NCBI GenBank assembly: GCA_051294905.1
Contig: CM119373.1
Location: 2,668,001 to 2,732,000, forward strand
Source: Botryllus schlosseri
Lineage: Eukaryota
Length of the DNA stretch: 64,000 nucleotides
Direction of reading: 5' to 3'
How positions within the stretch are numbered: position 1 is the first letter of the stretch; every line of letters starts with the position of its first letter. The notes under the pieces are model-generated. The model saw only the letters and a list, made by a program, of their open reading frames with translations. It searched no databases and was not told the DNA's origin. The position numbers and the translations under genes were made by a program. Below, piece by piece: positions 13,920 through 24,523 of this stretch.

Positions 13920-14220
13920 TGATGACTCATCAGCACACAGGATTCGGAAACAATTGAAAGGGTATGTCGGTGGTTGCCAACTAAAATTTTGCCAGATAAT
14001 TTATTATGTAACGATACCATGATCGTTTTCGGAAATCCTTTTGTTGACATAGCTGAATCATATATGTATATACTGTAAGGGTGATTATCTTACTCCGGAT
14101 AAAAGCATAATGAAGTATACACTATATTTTCGATAGCAAATAACCCATCATGAAGACCATAAAAAAAAACTGAAATTTCAACCGCTCCACATCGATCAAG
14201 AGCTACGATAGCACATGAGC
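13920..14220 (+). promoter_or_regulatory. Promoter and first part of non-coding exon 1 of peptide gene copy 1
   Basis: Aligns with 41235-41505. TGACTCA at 13923, GGAAATCC at 14031, GGATAA at 14097. The TATA position reads CATAAAA (14158) versus TATAAAA in copy 2. Confidence 0.6.
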
Positions 14221-16142
14221 CATAGGCGCCGAGTTACGGGGTGGCAGGGTGGCGCAGCCATCCCATGACACAATTATGGGGTGGCGACGACCCCATACAG
14301 AATGCTTGAACACCCGCCGTATGCGCTGTCCATTAGCTAGTCCGTGATATCGCGTAAATGACAACTATAAGCGCGCGAACTAGTGCTGAAAACGCCCCAA
14401 TAAATTGTAATCCGTGATTAGTAATCAATCATACAATCGAAGCGACCTCGTTTACGTCGATTTCGACAGCGCACGCGCTGAGAAACACTGTCTCCTCTCT
14501 CGACCAAATTCACGTTCTTCTTCCCTCAATCAAAATGTATTTACGCGCATGTTCGTTAAAAAAATAATTTTCGAGTTAGTTTTGTGAGTCTTTTTAATTG
14601 GAGCGCGAAATACGACAGTGTGTTTGTGTAATATGTATGCCTGCAAATTGAAAGTCATTGCTGCGCTAAGTGCGCACATTCATTACTCTAACAAGGTTTT
14701 GCTAAGTTTTATCGGGAAATGCAGCAATGCAGCGCAAACGTCGTTATAATGAGCAAACAATTGTCGCTATGTCAGACTCGAACGGAATTACTGATTAGTT
14801 GCGCGCTTTCTCGTTTGCTATCATCTGTAGGCTACTAATTCTTGTCTGCTTTATGCACTCGCATTCTCTCGATGTCACTTCTCAGTGTTTGATTTGTTAT
14901 TAATACTGCGCATTGTGCAATGCACGGTGTTGAATTACGTCGTCAAGTATTGATGCAACAAGAGATTCTCGTGGCGCAAATTGAGAATTTATTCGATTAG
15001 TTTGAGCGGGAACCAATAAACTTCATTGCTGGGCGGACTCTATTGGGCGCAACCTTATCGCGGATCGAATTTCAAACCATCAGGATTTGTATTTCTATTG
15101 ATAAGGTTGCGGCATGCGCCCATATTGCTTTTGCTGCAATAACACCTGGATAATTAAAATCGCAATATTTCACGATCAAATTCGACTGGCTGATCGGGAC
15201 CTACGTAGGCCCCGGGCTGAGAGTAACCAGCGCGTTGTTGGTATTAAACCCTAGGTGCGTAGCCAGTGAGTTTCTCGTTTAAAACTAGAAATCCCGTCTT
15301 TTTGAAATGCCAATTCACTAATTCGTATTATCGATGCTGCCTACTGCAAATTAGCGAGAATCATTTGTATGCAAAATGGGTCACTGACATCTGACGTGCG
15401 CTATCGTCTATCGTCTGATTTAACGCGTCCGCATGCAGGCCTGCACGCTATAATCGCTGGCATGAACTATCATGTGCACCAGGCTAGGCCTGATATCGTT
15501 ACCAGCCTGAAATATCGAGTCTGCAGCAGGACTGGCGCATGCCATAACTACGCTGGCCTAAATTATAGGGACTGCTTCAGGCCTCGCATGATATCCCTGC
15601 TATCTCTACTTATACGATTGTTATGTCATACTGGCTTAAGAGTGACTGCGCGGAATAAAATAACTTTGAATCTGCGCAATTGGCCACGAACGGACGTAAT
15701 TGATTAGCGCTAATACTAAAACATCAGAAGGTGTGTGTCAAGGCCGAGTTATCAAAAGATACGACAGGCCTGAATCACCTGAAATCGGTGCCGTTACAGA
15801 ACAGAGTTCACGGCAGACTTCATTCGTATTAATTTGTAAAATTGTTCGTCATCAGCGAGGTTCCGTATTCAATTGTTCGCGCGCGCGTATTGGTGAATTG
15901 TTGATGCTGGAGCGAGATCGAGGAATCGCTAATCAACCGCTGGACTCGCTGGCAAGCTTACCCGGACATATGCGCATTAATTCGTCAACACGATGAAGCT
16001 TGTCCTATCCATGTATTATGAGCATTTACGCATGTGCTTAACCGTGATAAATTAATGCTAGTTTGGTAAATTTGAAACAATTTGAAACCCCTCCTTTTTT
16101 TCATCTCGCCACCCCATTTGAAGATAAAAGACGGTGCCTATG
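14221..16142. mobile_element. 1.9-kb non-autonomous hAT-type element inserted in the 5' UTR exon of peptide gene copy 1
   Basis: TIRs CATAGGCGCCG / CGGTGCCTATG. Degenerate 8-bp TSD ACATGAGC (14213-14220) / ACTGGAGC (16143-16150). Absent at the paralogous site ~41503. Confidence 0.85.
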
Positions 16143-16159
16143 ACTGGAGCGATACCAAA

Positions 16160-16225
16160 GTAAGACTGGATTGCGAATTCCATACTCTTACATTGCCATA
16201 TTAACATTCATTACTTCGTCTGCAG
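16160..16225 (+). other. 66-nt intron 1 (5' UTR) of peptide gene copy 1
   Basis: AAA|GTAAGA ... TTCGTCTGCAG|ATTCAACATG. Same length and position as 41521-41586. Confidence 0.75.
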
Positions 16226-16232
16226 ATTCAAC

Positions 16233-16507
16233 ATGCAGCTGAGAACCACTCTGATACTTTTTGTCGTAATCGGGCTTGTCCTGCAAGGTGATGCCTGGTT
16301 CTGGGCCAGGCGCCGCCGCTATTATGCCTGAAGGAGGAGGTACGTCGCCAGGAGACGGCGTTACGACCAGGAACGTGGCTACTACGCATTGAAGAAGACG
16401 AATCGAAGGGATACTATGGAATGGATGATGATGAATCCAAAGGATACTATGACGAATCCAAGGGATACTACGATGGAGCTAAAGGGTACTACGAACAGGA
16501 AGAATAA
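16233..16507 (+). pseudogene. Secreted cationic peptide precursor, copy 1 (signal peptide + ARRRRY repeats + acidic ESKGYY repeats), with premature stop and frameshift
   Basis: MQLRTTLILFVVIGLVLQGDA|WFWARRRRYYA*RRRYVARRRRYDQERGYYA with TGA at 16329-16331. The -1 frame from 16391 reads EEDESKGYYGMDDDESKGYYDESKGYYDGAKGYYEQEE* (TAA 16505-16507). Missed by the ORF track because the open part is only 32 codons. Confidence 0.8.
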
Positions 16508-17055
16508 GTAAGTATAGTAGTTACTGATCCTCAGTTATGTAAATCTATCTGCGACTAGTGTATATATCCATATATTGCGACACGTACAACTCCTACAAAT
16601 TACATCTCAAACTTTAATACCGCTTGTGACATCCGATTCGCACTTACTCATACCACTTCTTTACTATTCGTTTGTACCATTTCATAGCTGTATCACATAT
16701 GCTTACCTTTATGTGCACATATTTTGTAGTATCATACGGTTTTAGTTCATTTTACTCTTATTTGCAATAACTCTAATAAGATCAATTTCAATTTTTGAGT
16801 CATGTGTGAAATTCTGACTTCGTATGGTTCGATTGCTACGCTTGATATCGTGTAAAGTGTTGAGGGATATTTTTTGCTGTTTCTAAGAGATTTCAGTTCA
16901 AAACAACCGTAATATGCTCAGTGCTCATATCCAATATGATGGGATTGTCATGGTGTTGTGGCTGTGAATTGTCATCGTCGAATTTCTTCCATCAGTAAAT
17001 CATAACTGGATTTGTTATTATTTTGTGCTATCCACCGATATTTTGTTATTTCAAG

Positions 17056-17100
17056 ATCCCGGCGTACAAAGGCCGAGGCAGAATAAAGAATTACACACAT
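17056..17100 (+). other. Putative 3' UTR exon 3 of peptide gene copy 1 with AATAAA
   Basis: Donor GTAAGT at 16508, directly after the acidic-frame stop. Acceptor TTTTGTTATTTCAAG ends at 17055. AATAAA at 17082-17087. Homologous to 44644 onward. Confidence 0.55.
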
Positions 17101-17799
17101 TTAAATTGAGTGTATGAATTTATTTCAAGCAGCTCAAATTGCGTCGATATTTATGCTCGCTGTAGGACTGGTTCAGGGTTGGGCAGGGACGTGCGGTGAG
17201 GGAAGGCAACTGAGGCAGTATATCATTTGTGTGTGGTTGAAGACTTTGCAACAATGTTATAAGACGATCACGACTCCACAGATATGTCATTTCCAGAAAC
17301 GTGCGTATACCTTTGAACTACATGTTTTGGATTCCGGACCAATCGGGGATTCAAGTGAAAAATAGTATTTAAACTGTAATTTTCGATGATAACTTGACTC
17401 TTGGTGCCAAGAAGCGGATACTTTCAATACTCGTTAAAATCATCTATCACTACTAGGGTTACCATATTTTGAAATCCTAAAAGAGGACAGTTTTCATAAA
17501 TTCTGAAAGCTCCAGGAATCCTGGTAATCTTGGAAAATTTTCGACCGATAGTGCTGTGTGGAATGAAAAAAGTCATGACTTTGGCTCGAATCCCGAATTA
17601 CACGCTTTTTTGCGATAGTGTGTGGTGTTGACTAAAAATTAAAAAGGTCGTCAATTTGACTCTACTCACGATTTACCCGATTGTTTGTTTGTTGTAATAG
17701 GTGATGGTTGACTACTATAGTCATTTACACCAGGCAGACATTCGTCATTTTTATTCCGTAGCAGCCGACATCTAGCACGGCTCAATTCCTGACTTTTTT

Positions 17800-19106
17800 A
17801 AGACACCGTTTACACGGATGAGATGGCTAAAAGGAGCCTAGATAAATCTCCAACACGCGTGCAGGAATTCTGTAGCCGACCTCGGTTGGACTCGAACCCA
17901 CAATCTATTAGTGTTGCAGCTTTGGATTATACCACTATACTAGGGTTACCATATTTTTGTTTCACAAATTCCGGACGCTCTTCAGCGCCCACTAGCGGAT
18001 TTCAAAATGAGGTGTGAGCGCATTGTCGATCAATATGACGTCACACCAGCAACGCTTTGTCTATCGACTAGAGGTGGTCGCGATCCGGTTCAGGAGTATG
18101 TGGTTGTGTATTGTATGTTGCAACCTGGGCCATAGCCACATATTGCAGCCCCATCCCACCCAAATAAACACTGGTCTTGGGCCCATCGCAGGGTATTCGA
18201 TGCAACTTCTGGGGGTTTACTATATGCATCTGGTCGTTAAATAATTTGAATGAATTGTGTCAATAATATTGGCTCTTCCATATATTACTGTATAATTTTA
18301 ATGCTCTCTCTGTCCACATAATCAGAGTCAGCGGTAGAATAGAGCTGATGTAGGATGATGACTTCGAAAATGCAAGGGGCGTAATTGTACATCGTTTAGT
18401 CATGTTCATGTCACGCCGATAAGATTATTTATCAGCCTAATGCGGATGTGCACGTCACCACTGAGCTATATAAACACCGCACATCCGGTGTTTTCCAACC
18501 TTTTATGGTCGCGAATCCATTTCCAATTTGAAAATGTGCCGTGGCCCAGCTCACAATTTGATGAGCTGATTACTAATTAAAGGACGGCACATTTGCCCAG
18601 ACTTACTCAGAGCCAATTTTGGAAGCTAATTACGTTCAACATCTTCGCGAACCCCAGAATAAAGGCAAACTACCCCCAGGTTTAGAACCAACATCTTTGA
18701 ATAAAGCATCCAAACGACCTAGAACGACGACTCTATGAACACCGCTATCTTGTAATTGCGATTACAATTAGACTTCTTTTTGTAAATGAATGTTATTTTT
18801 TATTTATTTTTTGATCGCACTTTTTGCGAGGGCGGTAGTACCCATATTAAAACCAATATATATGATACTAAATCGCGCGCAGCGCGAAAAAAAAATTCAT
18901 GTAGCAAAAATCTGCCCAAAAATAGTCTTGTTTAGGTTGATTTACGAAAAAAAGATATGAGCTTACTTGAAGCCTTCAAAATTCCGGACATTTAGGCATA
19001 TTTTAGAAATTCCTCCCGGACGCAGTTTTAACAGTGAAATTCCGGACATGTCCGGGAAATTCCGGACGTATGGCAACCCTGCACTATACGCTATCTCGCA
19101 ACTACC
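17800..19106 (-). mobile_element. tRNA-derived SINE, split by the 17941-19081 insertion
   Basis: The minus strand rejoined across the TSD reads ...TAGCGTATAGTGG (A box)...GGTTCGAGTCC (B box). Body similar to 40700-40840. Confidence 0.6.
17941..19081. mobile_element. Nested hAT-type element (TCCGGAC subterminal repeats)
   Basis: TAGGGTTACCATA...TATGGCAACCCTG. Perfect TSD CACTATAC at 17933-17940 and 19082-19089. Diverged relative at 30008-32002. Confidence 0.9.
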
Positions 19107-21936
19107 CGATTGTTTGCGAAACTCTAACATTCGCTGCATATCGGAGACGCATTTTTCATACCATTTTGATCCTGTTCGGAGAAAAAGAGGACAAATTTCC
19201 AAACGAGTGGACATTTAGGCGTCCTCCGAGGACCCTTTCAATTTATTGATAAAAAGGACAAATCTTCTTAAAAGAAGACGTATGGTGACCCTAATCACTA
19301 CTCGACTCGAATCATCAGAATTTATACTCGATTCCTATTTGAGTACTCAAAGTGCCCATCCCGACTTACTGGTACCATTCCACACAGTACATTTGATCCT
19401 TATCGTAAAATTCATTTCCTTCTCACAGAGCGCTGATCAATTAATCACCAGGTACTACCAATGTAACTGGTCAAAGACCATGTATTCCCACTATGTTAAC
19501 TATCCATTCCAAACCGCAGAACCATATTCCTGAATGTCACTACGTCAGAATACTGCACCGCCAAATTCATTATTGTTGATATCAATGTAGCTTTCGATAA
19601 CCTACACGCAGGCTTGCGATATATTTAGCACCCGAAGGAACATTTTTTGCAGATTAGTAAAACGAAATTAGAGTTGTTACCTTTCGCTTTGATGTTTTAC
19701 ATAGTTCCTTGGTAGTTGTCGGTAAAAGTTAGAGGAAAAGCAAATATTACATGAACAGGCACAAAAAGTGCAAATCAAATCTATTTTTTCAGATTCAGCC
19801 CATGAATCCTTTGCGTTTACCTTAACTTTTTCCATTAGGGAATGATCATTTTAGCGTCTTTGTGAAAAGGCTCACAGAAAATATCTTTGAAATTATACAA
19901 TTTAGGGCAGTGGTTCCAAACGTGGGGGATATCGCCCCCAGTGGGTGATTTTAGGAAACAAGGGGGCCTAAATACCAAAGGGACGACTGGGGGCGATAGG
20001 GGACGTAAATGTTAGAACGCTCAGGGAGATATATTTAATTAATACGATCAAAAATGCACGTGAAGACGGCTTATTCCGCATATATGACTCGAAAAAAGGC
20101 CAACTCAATGGAAAGTAGACGCGGAAAACGGTTTTCCGAGCACCTTACACCACGGGAAATGGCATTTTTTCAATAAGCTCACCAGCGATCAGAGTTTAGT
20201 TGATAAATTTCCCAAATATATGTCCTATTTTTCGGATCCGTAAATATGGGGGAGGGGGGAGAATGTGTGTCGAGATTAATATGGGGGCGACGGGCCAAAA
20301 AAAAACACTGATCTAAGGTTACCATATTTAGGGATCCTGGAAGGAGGACACTTTTCACAAACTACAAAAGTTGGATTACCGTACTACAAAATTGCCGATT
20401 CTGGAAGTTTTACGTGAGATTATGCTGTGTTGACTAAAATAAGTATAGTTTTTACGGAATCGCCCGAACATCAGCATCCCATATTTCACGTCATGAATGC
20501 CAATTTTTAGTTGTGCCTGTCCATTACCCTGGCTATCAAGCGATAAAGCAGGTCGAATTCTCAATTAGACTTTCCCGGAGGAAATTACTTGAAAAAGAGG
20601 GACATATTGTAACTCCATAATCAAGATTCTCGAAACTGATTCAACCAGTAGGTCATGGTAAGTCCCAACCTGCGCCAGAAAATCCCCACAGATCCTCGCA
20701 TGTTTAAAGTCCCAGTTGTAATAGAGAATGTCGAACAATGTTTGCAATAACAATCATGAAGGTAGAGCTGGTATGGCAATATGCTGGAAAACCGGCAATT
20801 CAAAATATTTCACAGTTACAGTAATTATTTGGAAATAAATAGAACGTTTTACATAAAAGTCTTATTGAAAGTAAAAGGAACTAACTCGAATTGCGGGAAA
20901 AGAGGGCATAGGTCATTTTTGAGCGTTCATTTGGAGTCATGTGTACTCGCTATGTCACAATGGATCTGTGAAGTCACGCCGTTGTTAATATAAATTCCGC
21001 CCACCATCGAATGTTCATTCTGCCTACGCGTATAATGGGTATTTTGAACACATGTTATGAACACATCGCACCACGATATTGATATCATATAGAATCACGG
21101 CACGGAATTTTCTACCGATACTGACAGCCGAATCAATATCTGCTTGATAGCGCTCGCTCGGTAGTTGAACTGCTGAATTCTTTGCATCTCTTGTTGGTTA
21201 GCGAGAACGAATCTGGAGAGATCGTGTTATACAAAAACAAGGCGCGAATATTCTGGAGCACAATGATTCAAGTGGCCGAGTACTCGATTCTGACTCTAGT
21301 AATATTTCTAATGATGTGACATATATACGGAAACATTTTTACACCATTTCATCTGTCGCTCAATGACTCCAACAAAATGCAAAATATTTATTTGTGACCG
21401 ATCGCCAAGGATTATGCGTTGACTGGACTTCCGTGCAAAATAGCGAGCGTCACTGCAGCGAGTTTTAAAACAGCGAACGTCATAAGAGGGGGGCAATTAA
21501 AATAACTAGTGTCAAAACAGTGAGGTATTCAAATTAACGCAGTGATTCCTAACTAAGGTTCCTTGAGCCGGTAACACGTATCACGCTGGAGGTCAAGACT
21601 CAACTCATACATATGATTCGTGATAGCACGCTTGTCTTGGTAATTAGGCGTGGTCAGTCGTAGATGGTGATTGTTATGGTGGGGGTCGTGTGCGGTTCGA
21701 CATCGAAACCCCGTCCTTCAATATTAATTAGCAGATTTGCAATTCAGCAACTGATATCACCTCTGCGTTAGCTTGGATTTGGACCAGTTTAGCTTGCATT
21801 GCGGTTAGCTTGAGTGCGTTTGTGTAAGGTTTGGATTAGCTTCGGCAATCGCTATTTTGAATTTCTGTTCTTACACTTGCTGTTCTGACGCATGTAATTT
21901 TGAACGCGATCCAGATGCGTGATAGTTACCCTTAGG

Positions 21937-22133
21937 CAATGTTCCCACTAAGCTGCGCACGTGCCCAAATGCGCAGTGCTGAGACGGTCTCTGCGCACAG
22001 AAAATCTAAGTTGCGCTCCGAAAATCCAAAGTGATATCCTTTTTTTTTTCAGTCGTTACGCACTGTTGTCCAAGGGTCTGCGCAGTGAGTTGGTGAGTGT
22101 GCGCAGACTCGTCAAAAATTAGTGGGTACATTG
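21937..22133. mobile_element. CAATGTTCCC-TIR MITE, copy 2
   Basis: TSD CCCTTAGG at 21929-21936 and 22134-22141. Confidence 0.9.
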
Positions 22134-22137
22134 CCCT

Positions 22138-22648
22138 TAGGGCTGGGCAAAATCGAGTAAATGAGTGATTCGATTCTGAATCACGAAATATGCTTCGAGT
22201 CGAGTATTCGAGTATCACTCATTATGACGTCACAACAGAATGTACTATGTCAAAGTTCAAATATGTACCTTGTATGGCACCACAAAAAACATGATGCCTT
22301 TTATCCGCCACAATAAAGATACTTTGGTATTTTTTCGACCACACCGATTTCACTGCACTTCTTGACAATGTTGTGGGATGATCGTGACTTCGGAAATGTG
22401 TTATTTTCAGTAACGTTCGTAGCTTTGTACTATGTCTCGTATGCTGCGACACTGCCAGTCAATGGTTCAAGGCTTCCTCAGTGGAAAATAGTTTAAAAAC
22501 TATAATTCTCGTTAGTAAATTAACTTTCAGTTGCGAGGAGCGTATAATTTCAGTACTAGAAAAAAATCGTCTTTTACTACTCGACTCGAATCATTAAAAT
22601 TAATACTCGATTCTGATTCGAGTACTCGAATCATTGCGCCGAACCCTA
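22138..22648. mobile_element. Non-autonomous TIR element with TCGAGT/ACTCGA subterminal repeats
   Basis: TAGGGCTGGGC...GCCGAACCCTA ends. Confidence 0.65.
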
Positions 22649-23783
22649 GCTACTCTGACTGTATAGATTGTCATTGCATTTATACCGACATTTCATCGTC
22701 ATGCAATATGTCTTGGTGGCCCTTTTTCATTGTTCTCATCTGGAAACGTTTAGATACGTTGTGCATTTGATAGGCACAAATAAATCCACCGGATTCTTTA
22801 TTGGTTGACAAATATGGACTCATCACATCAAAGTCATCTTGATTAATTGAAAAATTGAACTTTTTTAAATACCTAAATCTACCATGGTGTGGCAATGAGG
22901 AAAAATTGACATTTAACATAATTTAAATTCACAAATATATCAGCAGAAATCAATATCACATACTACTAAAATTATTTTCATTCATTAAATGTTAAGACTC
23001 TGTAGAAAAGCATATTGAGAAATTTCATCATACATATTGCTCACCGTACACATTTGAATGGCTGGAAATAATTTAGTATTGATGCAACATAATGTAACCA
23101 TTCACCAAGACTTGTCAATGAGCAATGAGCATGCATATAACATCAATGTCTTGATACAGGCACCACGAGAGTGCTTATTGTGATTACCAATTACTACGCT
23201 ATTGCTATCAGATGTGTATATATATTATATTGCTTTACTGTATCTACATGATTATCGTGTTGCCTAATTAGTTTGTTAAAATATCTTGTTTCCATTTGCT
23301 TTGCTGTGTCATCGGTGCCGAGTCTACACAAGAAAAAATAAGGAGAAAATAATCTAGACATTGATAGCGTCAAATAAAACATATGCGATCTCATATAGTA
23401 TGATAGAATTTCAATACTTCCCGCTATACATTATTGCCAGTTTCTTCAGGTGGAACGTTTACATAGGTTACATTGGAAGTTTTACATGTTTAGATTGACC
23501 AAAATTTAGTTTCCAACCTCAAAATAGATAATCTCTGCCACAGACCCTATAAAACGCGCCATTCGGATTTGATAGCGTGGCAGGAAAGCTATTGTTATCA
23601 TGTGAAGTTATAGTAAATAAAATAAACTAATTCAATTATAGAAATTATACGCAGTGAAGCGATTGGATTATACTGGAGAACGACCGATGTATTTCCGTCA
23701 CAAAAAGTCATCGGAACCCCATCTCCCGTACTTGTTAAACATTTTAGCGTGTGATTGCGCTTCCTCCTCAACAATGTGATTAC

Positions 23784-24295
23784 TAGGGCAAGTTTTTGCA
23801 ACTTTTGCCACTTTTTTTCACAGCTTCCGGCAACTTCCTAAATATTCGTACGATATGTAGAATGCTGTTTTACGCTATTTGAAGGAATCTTATCGTGCAA
23901 CTTTTTGCAACTTTTGTCCATTTTTTTCATGCAACTTTTTGCCACATTCTGCAACTTCTTCGATTTTTCAGGAAAGTATGTTTTATTTTGGTGATATACA
24001 CGGCCAAATACGACTGAAATACCGCAAATCAGCGCTGAAGTAATGCTTCAACGGGTATTTCGGGAGCTGAGCCGGAAATTTGACCATTTTTTAAAGTCAA
24101 TCAATGAAAGAAACTGTATTTCGGGAGTGGAGCTGGGTAGTTGACCTTTTATTTTTTATTTTTTTTAGTCAACCGAGTATAATGTTGTCTTTTAGTGCAA
24201 CTTTTGTTAAAAAATAAATGCAACTTTTTACAGCAACTTTTGTCAAAAATAAATGCAACTTTCGACGAATTTAACTGCAACAAAAACTTGCCCTA
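23784..24295. mobile_element. hAT-type MITE with GCAACTTTT internal repeats
   Basis: TIR TAGGGCAAGTTTTTG / CAAAAACTTGCCCTA. Degenerate TSD GTGATTAC/GCGATGAC. Confidence 0.85.
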
Positions 24296-24523
24296 GCGAT
24301 GACTAATTACCGCGTACAATATATTATTTTGAATTGCGTGTCTGCGTATGAATTTAGCACAGTACAGAAGGGACATAGTACAGAAGCCAAATTCCGAACA
24401 GTCACTGAATCCCTTTACGTGAGGCTATTGGCGTCAGTCATATTAAGACGTATATGCGTTCGGTTTCATGCAGTCCTACACAACACCCCGTGTGCCGTCG
24501 TATATCCAGTACTCTAATAACCT

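Larger units (their letters stand above)
17454..19293. mobile_element. hAT-type element (TAGGGTTACCATA TIR, AGAGGAC subterminal repeats) with nested insertions
   Basis: TAGGGTTACCATA...TATGGTGACCCTA. Perfect 8-bp TSD ATCACTAC at 17446-17453 and 19294-19301. Confidence 0.9.

Noticed and set aside
16329..16331. TGA as selenocysteine or programmed readthrough
   Set aside because: It aligns to Arg in the ARRRRY repeats and to AGA in the paralog. No SECIS was recognised, and other disabling lesions coexist.
16380..16400. Programmed -1 ribosomal frameshift linking the signal peptide to the acidic tail
   Set aside because: No X XXY YYZ slippery heptamer is evident, and the acidic frame of copy 2 contains stops. 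A 1-nt deletion is simpler.
16409..16432. GYYGMDD resembles cionin/CCK-gastrin (YYGWMDF-amide)
   Set aside because: It lacks the Trp, the terminal Phe and a Gly-basic amidation signal, and the other repeats do not share the GMD continuation.
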